A DNA stretch of 64,000 nt from Guyparkeria sp. GTDB lineage: Bacteria; Pseudomonadota; Gammaproteobacteria; Halothiobacillales; Halothiobacillaceae. Where the stretch lies: positions 10,377 through 74,376 of the forward strand of contig NZ_JAWLBP010000005.1 of the NCBI RefSeq assembly GCF_041687595.1. Reading direction: 5' to 3'. A program made the position numbers and the translations under genes. This document shows, piece after piece, positions 50,575 to 62,588 of the stretch (its first letter is position 1; each line of letters starts with the position of its first letter). The notes under the pieces are model-generated. The model did not search any database, was not told the origin of the DNA, and worked only from the letters and a program-made list of their open reading frames with translations.

Positions 50575-51330
50575 ATGTTACAAGCGATCCTGTTCGATGT
50601 GGACGGCACCCTGGCCGATACCGAGCGTGACGGTCACCGCGTGGCCTTCAACCTGGCATTCCGCGATGCGGGCCTCGACTGGCACTGGGACGTGCCCACC
50701 TACGGCGAATTGCTGACCGTGACCGGCGGCAAGGAACGCATCCGCTACTTCATCGAGACCCACGACCCGGCCGTCCCCGAAAACGAGGACCTGGCGGAAT
50801 GGATCGCCGGCCTGCACAAGGCCAAGACCGCCCACTATCTTGCCCTGCTCAAGAAGGGCGAGATCCCGCTGCGCCCGGGTGTCGAGCGCCTGATCGCCGA
50901 GGCCCGCGAGCGGGGCATCCGCCTGGCCATCACCACGACGACCACACCGGAGAACGTCGACGGGCTGCTACGGGCCACGCTCGGCGACGAGAGCCTGGAC
51001 TGGTTCGAGGTGATCGCCGCGGGCGACATCGTGCCGGCCAAGAAGCCGGCCCCGGACATCTACACCTGGACGCTGGAGAAGATGAACCTGCGCGCCGACG
51101 AGGTCATCGCTCTGGAGGATTCCGGGAACGGCGTGCGCTCGGCGCTCGGCGCGGACGTGCCCGTGGTGGTGACGCTGAACGACTATACCGCCGAGGACGA
51201 CTTCTCCGGCGCAATCTCGGTGCTCACCGATCTGGGCGAGCCCTCCGCGCCGGCCCGCACCTTGAGCGGCCCTGCCCCCGGCAACGGCCTGGTCGATCTC
51301 GACTACCTCGAAGCCTGTCTCGGCCGATAA
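50575..51330 (+). CDS. cbbY: CbbY-type HAD phosphatase
   Basis: FDVDGTLADTERDGHRVAFN, YGELL..TGGKER, LRPGV, KKPAPDIY, EDS..G. Confidence 0.85.
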   Translation: MLQAILFDVDGTLADTERDGHRVAFNLAFRDAGLDWHWDVPTYGELLTVTGGKERIRYFIETHDPAVPENEDLAEWIAGLHKAKTAHYLALLKKGEIPLRPGVERLIAEARERGIRLAITTTTTPENVDGLLRATLGDESLDWFEVIAAGDIVPAKKPAPDIYTWTLEKMNLRADEVIALEDSGNGVRSALGADVPVVVTLNDYTAEDDFSGAISVLTDLGEPSAPARTLSGPAPGNGLVDLDYLEACLGR

Positions 51331-51415
51331 CTCGGGCCTCCCATCCACGACCTGACACCCACCGGCCAAATCGTTAGACTGGTGGGAACCAGCCAACGCA
51401 ACCGATCGAGCCCCC

Positions 51416-51817
51416 ATGAACGCATCATCCCCGGACGAAAAGGCCAGCTACGACTACCAGTCGTTCATCGACGGCTTCGAGGAGGTCACCTACTGGCACT
51501 TCGACTGGTACTCCCGGATCATGGGCGCGCTGTTGTACAACACGCCGCGCCCCACCCTCAGCGAGCACGAGTGCCGCTTCGGTCGCTTCCTCGAGACCCA
51601 CGGCGCGCCCCCGGGCCGCGAGCAGGAGTTCGAGAACGTCCACCAGTTGCACATCAAGATGCACGTCGCCGCGGACACGCTGATCACCAGTGCCGAGGGT
51701 GGCCAGCAGGCGGAACGGGAGGCCTTCGACGAGTTCGTCGAGATGCAGAGCCTGTTCCTCGCCACCTGCTTCAACCTCATGCGCGACGCCTTCACCGACA
51801 GCATCCGCTGCCCCTAG
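51416..51817 (+). CDS. Stand-alone CZB (chemoreceptor zinc-binding) domain protein
   Basis: H..W, ECRFGRF, H...H: the CZB ligand set resembling the DgcZ N-terminus. Confidence 0.72.
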   Translation: MNASSPDEKASYDYQSFIDGFEEVTYWHFDWYSRIMGALLYNTPRPTLSEHECRFGRFLETHGAPPGREQEFENVHQLHIKMHVAADTLITSAEGGQQAEREAFDEFVEMQSLFLATCFNLMRDAFTDSIRCP

Positions 51818-51827
51818 CCGCATCCGG

Positions 51828-53405
51828 TCAGACGCCCCTCCTACTCCCCCACCGGGGGAGGAGTTCGCGTTCCCGCTGGGCTAGCCAGCGGGCATAGGGA
51901 TCGAGCAACGTACGCTGCTCCGGCGTCCAGGCGTCGGAATCCCGCAAGCGGGCCACTTCGCTGAACATGGCGGGGAAATCCCGCCCTGTTGCCACCGAAG
52001 CATCACTCGCCTCCTCCGAGCGCTCGCCGGGGCGGAGTCGCTCGCCCAGGCGCTGCTTCCAGCGCTCGCGCGCCGGCACGTCGAGCGCCTCGGGCAGGTT
52101 CCGCGCCACGAATCCTTCCGCCAGTTCCGCCAGTCGCGGGTCCTCGAACGACCAGGCCAGCAGGTCGCGCGCGTGCGCCACCGCCTCGTCCCGGGAGCGC
52201 ATCCCGCGTGCCCGGCTCCACCAGTCCTCGAGGTGGGCACGGTCCGCACGCGGCACGAAGCCGGCATAGAGCGACTCCTCGACCGGTTTGGGCGGAAACG
52301 TGCCTTCCGTGGCCTCGATGGCGGCTACCAGACGGTCGCGCACGGCCTTGAAGTGACGTTGGATGAAGTCGGCATGTTGTTGGACGCGCGCCCGGTCGAT
52401 CACCATCCGTTGCGCCACGCCCGGCTCCTCGACCGTGGCCTTCGGCAGCACCACCGGCACCCGGTTGAGGTGGATGGACTTGACCGGCAGGCGGAGATCC
52501 GACCAGTCGCGTTCGGCATCCGGCGGCGGGTTCCTGACGAATCGTCGCTCGGCCCAGGCGTCCGCATCCACGTCCATCCAGGGTTCCGGATCGAATCGCA
52601 GATCCCAGCATTCGCGGCGATTACGGTTGACGTCCACCTGGCCGAGAGAGCAGAACATGGAGGCCGACGCCGTGCGGGCCGGCAGGCGCGGCGAGACATG
52701 CAGGAAGGGGGTGATATCCGGGTCGTCGACCAGCCGGGCCACCTGTCGCTTGTCCCTGGCCGCCAGCAGCCGCGACCAGAGACCGGGGTCGGCGTCCCTC
52801 AGCCGACGAGCCAGGTCGATGGTGGCCTCCACGTCACTCAGGGCATCATGGGCATTTTCGTGCGTCAGGCCGTTGGCCGCGGAGAGCTCGCTCAGGCGCA
52901 GCGTGGGATTGCCCTGCCCGTCGACCGGCCAGTTCAGGGCATCCGGACGCAGCAGTCGGTAGGTACGCGCCACGTCGAGCACGTCGAAACGGCTGTTGCC
53001 GTCGGCCCACTCGTGGCGGTAGGGATCGAGCAGGTTGCGCCAGAAAAGGAACCGCAGCATGGGCGCGTCGAAGCGCAGGTTGTTGAAGCCGACCACGCAG
53101 GTGTTCGGCTGGTTGACCAGATGGTAGATCCGGTTGGCCAGATTGGCCTCGCTGTCGGCCCGGGTGAGCACGGGGTCATCCGGCAGCAGGCCGGTGGTCA
53201 TCACCGCGGCCGGGTGCGGCAGGCAGTCGGTGCTCGGACGGGCGTACCAGACGATCGGCTCGCCGACCGGTCGAAGGTCGAGGTCGGTGCGGATCGCGGC
53301 GAACTGCAGGGGACGGTCGTAGGCCGGGTCCGCCCCGGTGGTTTCGAGGTCAAAGAACAGGAAGCTGGGTGAAGACAAGTGCCTGACTCCGTGGCTGGTT
53401 TCCAT
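51828..53405 (-). CDS. sbcB: Exodeoxyribonuclease I
   Basis: DLETTG..P..DRP.QFA.IRTD, GFN..RFD, HDALSDV.AT. Confidence 0.93.
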   Translation of the reverse strand: METSHGVRHLSSPSFLFFDLETTGADPAYDRPLQFAAIRTDLDLRPVGEPIVWYARPSTDCLPHPAAVMTTGLLPDDPVLTRADSEANLANRIYHLVNQPNTCVVGFNNLRFDAPMLRFLFWRNLLDPYRHEWADGNSRFDVLDVARTYRLLRPDALNWPVDGQGNPTLRLSELSAANGLTHENAHDALSDVEATIDLARRLRDADPGLWSRLLAARDKRQVARLVDDPDITPFLHVSPRLPARTASASMFCSLGQVDVNRNRRECWDLRFDPEPWMDVDADAWAERRFVRNPPPDAERDWSDLRLPVKSIHLNRVPVVLPKATVEEPGVAQRMVIDRARVQQHADFIQRHFKAVRDRLVAAIEATEGTFPPKPVEESLYAGFVPRADRAHLEDWWSRARGMRSRDEAVAHARDLLAWSFEDPRLAELAEGFVARNLPEALDVPARERWKQRLGERLRPGERSEEASDASVATGRDFPAMFSEVARLRDSDAWTPEQRTLLDPYARWLAQRERELLPRWGSRRGV

Positions 53406-53408
53406 GGA

Positions 53409-55403
53409 TCAATCCGCCGGGCCGATCACCGGCAGCAACTGCGCTAGCCGGTCGGCCTTGCCCTCGCGCCGCCACTGGTAGGTCACCATGCCGGCCAGCA
53501 CGGCCTGGGCGTAGGCGCGAGTCTCGTCGAAGAGGATGGTATCCACCCAGACGTCACCCGGCAGCGGCACGTCGGGCAGCCAGTCGCCGATCCGGCCGGG
53601 GCCCGCGTTGTAGGCGGCGATAGCCAGCGGATACCGGCCGTCGAAACGCTCGGCCATGTGCCCCAGGTAGGCTGCGCCGAGAGCGATGTTCGTCTCGGGA
53701 TCGGAAAGGGTCAAGGACGAGAGGTGCAGTTCGGCCTGCCGGTTGATCCAGCGGGCAGTCGCCGGCATCAGTTGCATCAGGCCCTGGGCGCCGGCACCGG
53801 AGCCGATGTCGCGCATGAACAGGCTCTCGCGACGCATGATCGAGTAGACCCAGTCCGGGTCGATCGACTGCCTGCGCGCCTGCTCTTCGACCAGACCCTG
53901 GTGCGGCAGGGCGAACCGCGCCGCATACCATTCCGGATCGTGCAGCCGATCCATGCGGGCGATGAGGACCGACACCCGGTCATGCCAGTCCGCGCTGTGG
54001 GCCAGGTAGGCCAGTGCAGGCATCAGTTCGTCCGGCAGCACTCGGAGGGCGTGCTCGAACAGCCGGCGTGCATCCTCGGGGTGATCGAGCCGATGCAGGG
54101 CGAAGGCCAGCATGAGCCAGGGATTCGAGGTCAGCTCGGCCAGGGCCTGCTCCTCCGGTTCCGGGACAGTCGTCCCGTTGGTCTTCGGCAACGGGTATTT
54201 CAGGCCCAGCCGATCGGCGGCGAGGAATCCGTGATAGTCGGGCGTCCGGGCCAGTTCCCGCCAGACAGGACGCGCGGCGACCTCCTGCCCGAGATGCGCG
54301 TCTGCCACGGCGCGCCAGTAGCGCCACTCGCGTGCCTCGGCCAGTTCGCCGGGCATGGCGTCGATCGCCTCCTTGACCCGCACCCAGTCCAGACGCCTGA
54401 GCGCCGAACGAACCGTCCACGTCCAGACCTCCTCGTCTCGTGCATCGATCGGCACTTCGCGCAGCCACTCATAGGCCTGCGGCTCGTAGAGGTAGGCTGC
54501 CTTGAGGGCGGCGAGCCGATGGACCGACCCGGCCTGTTCTGTCGTGAGCAGTTCCGCTCGCTCGGCTCGGGCCAGCAGCTCCCTCGCCCGCTGAGGGTCG
54601 CGCCTTGCCAGCCACAGAAGCCCCTGCGTGATCTCCTCGGCGTCTCCGCGCGCCTCGATGGCAGACGACACCGCGCTTGCGGAGTCATCACGCAAGGCGA
54701 TCCAGTGATCTCGATAGGACGCCAGCCCGGCCGGGCCACGACGCACGAGGTAACGCGCCAGTCCATCCTTTCCGGCTATGACGGCATTGCGCACCCGTGC
54801 GCGGTAGATCGCCTCGTCGAGTTGGCCGTTTGCCTCAAGCCACTCGAAGACGGGATCGCAGGTCTCCGGCTGGCTGCGCCCCTGCTGCCACGTCTCCCGG
54901 GCCTCGTCGACGGCCGCCTCGCCCAGCGTCCCATCCAGCGCCAGCTCCGCGGCCCAGTAGGCGCACTGGTGACGCGTGCCGGCACGGATGTCCGGCGCCC
55001 GGTCAAATATCAGACGGTATTCGCCCCAGGCTTCGTTCTCCGCCAGGTGGTCGAGATAGCGACGCTTGAGTCGTGGCATCAGCGGCGCGTCGGGATGATC
55101 GCGCAGCAGCCCGACCACCGCCGCCGGTTCGTCATCTACCTGGTCGAGCAGCCATTTCGCCTCGAGATAGATCTGCGCCGACTCTCCCAGGGGAGTGGTG
55201 GCCACCGTGTCCTGCGCATGACGAAACCCCGGGCCGTCGCCACGGTCTATTGCCTGCAGCGCCTCGTCGAGTCCGTCTGGCACCGGCAGTTCCGGAGCGG
55301 CCGTGGCCGATGGGGAGAGCGGCACGCTCATGACGATGCCGATCGTCATGGCGCTCAGGCAACGGGGCAAACGGGTCAGGAAACGGGATCTCGTACCGAT
55401 CAT
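53409..55403 (-). CDS. slt: Soluble lytic murein transglycosylase
   Basis: Superhelical N-terminal region; RRESLF, GA.GLMQLMP.TA, AYNAGP, ETR.Y. Start inferred. Confidence 0.92.
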   Translation of the reverse strand: MIGTRSRFLTRLPRCLSAMTIGIVMSVPLSPSATAAPELPVPDGLDEALQAIDRGDGPGFRHAQDTVATTPLGESAQIYLEAKWLLDQVDDEPAAVVGLLRDHPDAPLMPRLKRRYLDHLAENEAWGEYRLIFDRAPDIRAGTRHQCAYWAAELALDGTLGEAAVDEARETWQQGRSQPETCDPVFEWLEANGQLDEAIYRARVRNAVIAGKDGLARYLVRRGPAGLASYRDHWIALRDDSASAVSSAIEARGDAEEITQGLLWLARRDPQRARELLARAERAELLTTEQAGSVHRLAALKAAYLYEPQAYEWLREVPIDARDEEVWTWTVRSALRRLDWVRVKEAIDAMPGELAEAREWRYWRAVADAHLGQEVAARPVWRELARTPDYHGFLAADRLGLKYPLPKTNGTTVPEPEEQALAELTSNPWLMLAFALHRLDHPEDARRLFEHALRVLPDELMPALAYLAHSADWHDRVSVLIARMDRLHDPEWYAARFALPHQGLVEEQARRQSIDPDWVYSIMRRESLFMRDIGSGAGAQGLMQLMPATARWINRQAELHLSSLTLSDPETNIALGAAYLGHMAERFDGRYPLAIAAYNAGPGRIGDWLPDVPLPGDVWVDTILFDETRAYAQAVLAGMVTYQWRREGKADRLAQLLPVIGPAD

Positions 55404-55528
55404 GGTCTTGGCTCGCGGGGAATGTGTCGGACAACAGGTGTACGATTCCGACCGACGGTTCGAGTTCATGGAAAATGACCCGGCAACGCAAAATCGAACC
55501 GACACGGCAACGTGGAGTACATGATGGC

Positions 55529-56440
55529 ATGACGTCAGGCGTGGACAGCAAGGGCAACTATCACGGCCGGTTCGCACCGACGCCGAGCGGCCCGCTGCAT
55601 GCCGGATCCATGGTGGCCGCCCTGGGTAGCTTCCTTGATGCCCGGGCCCACGGGGGGCGATGGTCGGTTCGCATCGACGATACCGACCAGGCTCGTTGCC
55701 GGCCGGAGAGCGTCGACGAGATCCTGAGTCAGCTTCGGGCCCACCACCTCCTGCACGACGGCGACGTGGTCTACCAGAGCCGGCGGACCGTTCGCTACGA
55801 GGGCGCCTTGGCCGAACTGGAGGCGCGTGGTCGGCTGTACCGCTGCCGTTGCACCCGCGCGCGCCTGCGCGACTGGGCAAGGGCGCAGGGCCAGACCATC
55901 GGGGCGATCGGACCGGTCTATCCCGGTTTCTGCCGAGCCGAGACGGTTTCCTCCGAGGAGCGGCATGCCCTGCGGTTCAGCGTCATGGCACACGAAAGGT
56001 CCGTGATCGACCGGCGACTGGGGTCGATTCGCCAGGAGATGGCCGCGGAGGTGGGAGACCCCGTGCTGCGGCGTGCAGACGGTCCGGTCGCCTATCACCT
56101 GGCGAACGTGGTCGACGATGCCGAGATGGCAATCACCCATGTGGTGCGCGGCGAAGATCTCGCCGAACTGAGCCCCCTGCATGTCGAGCTGACCGAAGCC
56201 CTCGGCCTCGCATCGCCTGCCTACCTGCATCTGCCGGTCCTGATGGGCCCGGACGGGCGCAAGCTGAGCAAGACCAACCATGCCCCGGCGCTCGAAAACC
56301 GGCGGGCGAAGGAGAACCTGAAGGAGGCGGCTGCCGCACTGGGGCTTGAATCAGACGATCCGGCTGGGCGCGCCACCATTGCGCAGCTGCTGGAGCGATG
56401 GATCGGCGAGTGGCGAGCCCGTCACGTGCCGGGCGGATGA
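55529..56440 (+). CDS. gluQ: Glutamyl-Q tRNA(Asp) synthetase
   Basis: GRFAPTPSGPLHAGS, C.C..R...YPG.C, RGEDL, KLSK; no anticodon-binding domain. Confidence 0.92.
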   Translation: MTSGVDSKGNYHGRFAPTPSGPLHAGSMVAALGSFLDARAHGGRWSVRIDDTDQARCRPESVDEILSQLRAHHLLHDGDVVYQSRRTVRYEGALAELEARGRLYRCRCTRARLRDWARAQGQTIGAIGPVYPGFCRAETVSSEERHALRFSVMAHERSVIDRRLGSIRQEMAAEVGDPVLRRADGPVAYHLANVVDDAEMAITHVVRGEDLAELSPLHVELTEALGLASPAYLHLPVLMGPDGRKLSKTNHAPALENRRAKENLKEAAAALGLESDDPAGRATIAQLLERWIGEWRARHVPGG

Positions 56441-56459
56441 TCCGCTCGGCTGATACCCG

Positions 56460-57353
56460 TTACTGCAACCCCATGGTCTCGTATACGCTCGACACGCCAT
56501 TCTCCAGGAACCAGTATTCGCGAACGCCCTTGTCCTCGAGGTAGTACTGGAGCCAGCGGACCTGCTTCCCGGTCGCATCCACGAAGAACATGGGACGCTC
56601 CTCGACCCTGGCCTTCCGCACCAGCGCGTCCAGTTCACCGTTGTCGGTGGTCAGGGGGATGTGACGGTCCTGCATCTGGAACAGCGAGATGCCCGCACGC
56701 TGGTCGCGGTTGCGGATATCGACGATGATGGGATCCACGCTTCGGTCGATTCGATTGAAGAAGGGATCCTCGGCCAGCAGGTGCCGCTGGAACTGCGCAC
56801 TGCTGATCAGCTTCGCCGGATCGCCGAGGGTCTCGCCGAGCAGCTCGGCCCGGTCCGGGTTTGCCTGGGCCCAAGCGAAGATGCCGGCATCGTAGACGAG
56901 CGAGTCGACCACGCCCGCCCCCTTGGCCTTCAGCGCGGCCTTGTACGAAACCGCACAGGTCACGCCATTGCAATAGAAGACCAGCGGCTTGCCGGTCTCT
57001 TCCGCCAGGGAGGTCACGGCATCCGAGAAGTCGCCGGAGGCCAGCGGAACCGAATGCGCACCCTGGATGCGCAGGGTCTCGTACTCGTACAAAGAACGGG
57101 CATCGACGACCGTGTATTCATCCAGTGCCGCAGCCAGTTCCTCGGTCTCGATCGCTTCGACACCGGCTTGGGCATACTTGTCACGCAGCGGGAAATCGTC
57201 GGCGGCGCCCATCGCCGGCCAGGCCAGACTGGCGGCCAGCAGCAGACCGGTCAGACTGCCAAACCGCCTCCCCGGTCGCCGGTTTTCCCGTGACCAACGC
57301 TTCGTTTCCCCCGACCGGGTCACTCGAAACACTCCGTGGTTTCCTGTCGACAT
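56460..57353 (-). CDS. Exported tandem rhodanese-domain protein
   Basis: Signal peptide ending AMG|A; VDAR...EY...I.GA, FYCNG..C, ..GI..W; second domain VDIR...D..GKQ...L.NG. Confidence 0.85.
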   Translation of the reverse strand: MSTGNHGVFRVTRSGETKRWSRENRRPGRRFGSLTGLLLAASLAWPAMGAADDFPLRDKYAQAGVEAIETEELAAALDEYTVVDARSLYEYETLRIQGAHSVPLASGDFSDAVTSLAEETGKPLVFYCNGVTCAVSYKAALKAKGAGVVDSLVYDAGIFAWAQANPDRAELLGETLGDPAKLISSAQFQRHLLAEDPFFNRIDRSVDPIIVDIRNRDQRAGISLFQMQDRHIPLTTDNGELDALVRKARVEERPMFFVDATGKQVRWLQYYLEDKGVREYWFLENGVSSVYETMGLQ

Positions 57354-57526
57354 TCCCTTGGCTCCGTTCTTTTGTTTTGTGAAGCCAACATACTCCCAAC
57401 ATTGTTGTGGACGCAAGCGGGTCGGAGCCGGAACTTGCCCCGCTGGAAATACGCTGATTAAATCGTGCCGGGTCCCGACAGGCGGCCCGTTCGCTCCGCC
57501 CGAAAGCCAACCCCGGAAACACGTTC

Positions 57527-58237
57527 ATGTCCTCCCTCGCTCCCTTCCGTTTTCCCCGACTGCTTGGCACGCTGCTTCTGGCCGTCCTGGCCGCCGGCTG
57601 TGATCGCAGCCCGCCTGACCATCCGTTCCTCCCGTGGGACGTGGCAGTGAACGAACGGGGACAGGTGGAAGTCTTCGGGGTGATTCTCGGCGAGTCCACC
57701 CTGCTCGACTTCAAGCGCCTCTACGACCAGAAGGCCGATCTGGCGATGTTCTCGAAGACGGGCGAACCCCTTACGCTGGAGGCCTATTTCGGCCGGATGA
57801 GCGTGGGACCGCTCACCGCGCAGGTGGTGCTGGTGGCCGAGGTGGATCAGGAGACGCTGGAACGCTGGGCCGACCAGTCGACCATCGCCGACCCCACGCC
57901 CAGCGGGGCACGCAAGCTATCGATGTCCGACGAGGCCCTGCTCGAGGCACAGGACAAGCCGATCCGCTCGATCAGTTACGTCCCCACGGCGGATTACGAG
58001 GAGGAACTCCTCACCCGGCGCTTCGGCGAACCGGCAGACAAGCGCCCGATTCCCCGCGGCGAGCGGGAGCAGGATGAACCACCCGCGGTGCTGTGGCTGT
58101 ACCCGAAGAAGGGGCTCGCCATTACCGTCGAGGCCGACGACAAGGAACTGTTCCAGTACATCAACCCGGCACGGTTCGACCAGTTGGTCGAGCGCACGCT
58201 CGGAGGCAGCCCCGAAGGGGATCCGGAAGACCACTGA
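57527..58237 (+). CDS. Hypothetical lipoprotein
   Basis: Lipobox LAAGC; coding-like 236-aa ORF with FG.P...WLYP..GL motif. Confidence 0.8.
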   Translation: MSSLAPFRFPRLLGTLLLAVLAAGCDRSPPDHPFLPWDVAVNERGQVEVFGVILGESTLLDFKRLYDQKADLAMFSKTGEPLTLEAYFGRMSVGPLTAQVVLVAEVDQETLERWADQSTIADPTPSGARKLSMSDEALLEAQDKPIRSISYVPTADYEEELLTRRFGEPADKRPIPRGEREQDEPPAVLWLYPKKGLAITVEADDKELFQYINPARFDQLVERTLGGSPEGDPEDH

Positions 58238-58270
58238 CGTGGTAGCGGGCCTCGCCCGCCTCCGGTCGGA

Positions 58271-59872
58271 TCACTCCGTGCTGTAGTCGCCGTGCTCGCG
58301 TGTCGCTAGGAAGCGCACCTCGGGCCAACGCTCCTGGGTCATCTGCAGGTTGACGCGTGTGGGCGCGATATAGACCAGCTCGCCGGCATGGTCGATGGCA
58401 AGGTTCGACTGATTCTTGTTCTTGAACTCCTCGAAGCGCTTGGGATCGTCGCACTCCACCCAGCGGGCGGTATTCACGTTGACCGCCTCGAAGCGGCAGT
58501 CGACGTTGTACTCGTCCTTCAGGCGCTGGGCCACCACGTCGAACTGCAGCACGCCCACGGCACCCAGGATCAGATCGTTGTTGGTCAGCGGCCGGTAGAG
58601 CTGGGTCGCCCCTTCCTCACACAACTGCGACAGCCCCTTGAGCAACTGCTTGGACTTGAGCGGGTCCTTGAGCTGCGCGCGGCGGAACAGCTCCGGGGCG
58701 AAGTTCGGTATACCGGTGAAGGCCAGCTTCTCGCCCTCGGTGAAGGTGTCCCCGATGCGGACCGTGCCGTGGTTGTGGATGCCGATGATGTCGCCGGCCT
58801 GGGCGGTTTCCAGCCGGACCCGGTCGGAAGACATGAACGTCAGGGCGTCGGGGATCTTCACGTCGCGCCCCAGGCGCACGTGGTGCGACTTCATGCCGCG
58901 ACGGAACTCGCCCGAGCAGATGCGCAGGAAAGCGATCCGGTCACGGTGCTGCGGATCCATGTTCGCCTGGATCTTGAAGACGAAACCGGTGAACTTGTTC
59001 TCCGACGGTTCGACGGTGCGGGAAGTCGCCTCGCGCGGCTGAGGCGGAGGGGCAATCTCGACGAAATCGTCGAGCAGCGACTGCACACCGAAGTTGTTCA
59101 TCGCCGAGCCGAAGTACACCGGCGTCTGTTCCCCCTTGAGATAGGCGTCGAGGTCGAACTCATCGGCCGCGCCGGCCACCAGCTCGATCTCCTCGCGCAG
59201 TTCGTCGGCCTGGCCGCCGATCCGCTCGTCGAGGTCGGGGTTGTCCAGCCCCTCGATGGCCTCGACCGCCTGGTCGCGCGTGCCGTCAGCCGTCCCGTAG
59301 AGATAGGTAGTGTCCCGAGCGATGTGGTAGATGCCGCGGAAGCGCTTGCCGCTCCCGATCGGCCACGTCACCGGCGCGCAACGGATGTTCAGGACGGTCT
59401 CGACTTCGTCGAGCAGCTCGAGCGGGTCACGGCCCTCGCGGTCGAGCTTGTTGACGAAGGTCATGATCGGCGTGGTGCGCAGGCGGCAGACCTCCATCAA
59501 CTTGATGGTGCGCGCCTCCACACCCTTGGCGGCATCAATGACCATCAATGCCGAATCTACCGCCGTCAGGACGCGGTAGGTGTCCTCGGAGAAATCCTCG
59601 TGACCCGGGGTGTCGAGCAGGTTGACGATGCGCTCGCGGTAGGGGAACTGCATCACCGACGAGGTCACCGAGATCCCGCGCTCCTTCTCCATCGCCATCC
59701 AGTCGGAGGTGGCATGGCGACCGGACTTCCGGCCCTTGACCGTGCCGGCGAGCTGGATCGCGCCGCCGAACAGCAACAGCTTTTCGGTCATCGTGGTCTT
59801 GCCCGCGTCCGGGTGCGAGATGATCGCGAAGGTCCGGCGGCTGGAGTAATCGTTTTCGGGGGTAGTGCTCAT
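58271..59872 (-). CDS. prfC: Peptide chain release factor 3
   Basis: [41 protein letters not shown]. Confidence 0.98.
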   Translation of the reverse strand: MSTTPENDYSSRRTFAIISHPDAGKTTMTEKLLLFGGAIQLAGTVKGRKSGRHATSDWMAMEKERGISVTSSVMQFPYRERIVNLLDTPGHEDFSEDTYRVLTAVDSALMVIDAAKGVEARTIKLMEVCRLRTTPIMTFVNKLDREGRDPLELLDEVETVLNIRCAPVTWPIGSGKRFRGIYHIARDTTYLYGTADGTRDQAVEAIEGLDNPDLDERIGGQADELREEIELVAGAADEFDLDAYLKGEQTPVYFGSAMNNFGVQSLLDDFVEIAPPPQPREATSRTVEPSENKFTGFVFKIQANMDPQHRDRIAFLRICSGEFRRGMKSHHVRLGRDVKIPDALTFMSSDRVRLETAQAGDIIGIHNHGTVRIGDTFTEGEKLAFTGIPNFAPELFRRAQLKDPLKSKQLLKGLSQLCEEGATQLYRPLTNNDLILGAVGVLQFDVVAQRLKDEYNVDCRFEAVNVNTARWVECDDPKRFEEFKNKNQSNLAIDHAGELVYIAPTRVNLQMTQERWPEVRFLATREHGDYSTE

Positions 59873-59932
59873 GGACTCTCGGGTCTGGAATGACACGGCC
59901 CGTCATCGCGACGAACCGGTGGAACATTGATT

Positions 59933-60403
59933 CTAGGGAAGAAGGCGGCGCATCACGCGGGCATCCTCCCGCCCCTCGGGGGCCGGATAATACGCCTTCC
60001 GGTGGCCGATATCCGCAAAGCCCGCCGACTCGTAGAGGGCAATGGCCGCGGCGTTGCCGGCACGCACCTCGAGGATCACGCAACTGGCCTCGCCGGCGGC
60101 CGCCGACTCGAGCAGCCGCTCGAGCAGGAATCGCCCCACCCCGCGCCGCTGGGCGGCCGGATCGACACACAGGTTGAGCAGGTGCCACTCGTCAAGCACG
60201 GTCATGACCACCGAGTAGCCGATCAGCTGTCCGCGCGAAAAGGCCCCGTCGAGCCGATAACCGGCCCGCAGGCAATCCTCGAAGATCGCTTCGCTCCAGG
60301 GGTACGGATGGGCCGCCTCCTCGATCGCGACGATTTCAGGCAGGTCTTCGCCGGCGAGTGCGGCCCAGTCCCACGCCGGCATGACGGCGGACTCGGCCCT
60401 CAC
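59933..60403 (-). CDS. rimI: Ribosomal protein S18 acetyltransferase
   Basis: IE...H..PWS, LLNL.V.P..Q..G.G, LEVR..N..A..LY...GF, YY....EDA..M. GTG start inferred from GTGA overlap. Confidence 0.93.
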   Translation of the reverse strand: MRAESAVMPAWDWAALAGEDLPEIVAIEEAAHPYPWSEAIFEDCLRAGYRLDGAFSRGQLIGYSVVMTVLDEWHLLNLCVDPAAQRRGVGRFLLERLLESAAAGEASCVILEVRAGNAAAIALYESAGFADIGHRKAYYPAPEGREDARVMRRLLP

Positions 60404-60930
60404 CCGCGCGCTCGCCGGCCACGAGCCACAATGGTCCGCCATAGCCGACGCTTGGCCGCCCCGTCGCCGGCCAGAGTCGCCAGCTCCCAGGTTTCCCCTC
60501 TCAGGGTCACGGTATCGCCGCCCTCGCCCGTTTCGCAGGCCAGACCGGCGACCTGGGCAATCGCCTCGGCCAGCGCACGGTAGGGTGAGTCGGCCGCGAG
60601 ACACAACCGATCTGGCAGCACCTCGTCGGCCAGCTCGGCCGGGGCCGAGGTTGGGGCGGCCTCGGCAACGGCCCCTTGCCGATGTGGCTCGCCATCCGCC
60701 CCGTCGGGCACCGGAGTCGGGACATCCACCGAGGTATCCATCGGCGTTTCGATCGGGTCGGCCTGCGGCTCATCCCGAGCCTCATCCCGGGGCTCGACGG
60801 GCGCATCGCTGATCGGCTCTTCGCCGTCGACGGACAATCGCAAACGGGCCGGGCGCACGCGCCCACTGGGGCGAAAGCCCTCGATACCGAGCCACCCCAG
60901 GGCGGCCTCCCGATCGACCCGCAGGGCCAT
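60400..60930 (-). CDS. Hypothetical protein, possible divergent DNA Pol III psi (HolD)
   Basis: N-terminal L..LGI..F, C-terminal AKRRLW..I; immediately upstream of rimI-prfC. Confidence 0.55.
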   Translation of the reverse strand: MALRVDREAALGWLGIEGFRPSGRVRPARLRLSVDGEEPISDAPVEPRDEARDEPQADPIETPMDTSVDVPTPVPDGADGEPHRQGAVAEAAPTSAPAELADEVLPDRLCLAADSPYRALAEAIAQVAGLACETGEGGDTVTLRGETWELATLAGDGAAKRRLWRTIVARGRRARG

Positions 60931-60949
60931 GCTCAGACCAGGCCCCGAG

Positions 60950-62497
<1,548 letters not shown>

Positions 62498-62588
62498 GGC
62501 AAAAACCTCAGGTGTCGCCGCCGGGTCCTCCCGTCGGACGTTCTTTATCTATTCGGTGGTCGCGTGGGTCGCCTCGCCAGGCATCGTC

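Noticed and set aside
55404-55880. Long N-terminal extension of slt in the ORF track
   Set aside because: It overlaps the divergent gluQ gene; a signal-peptide-bearing start at about 55403 is more plausible.
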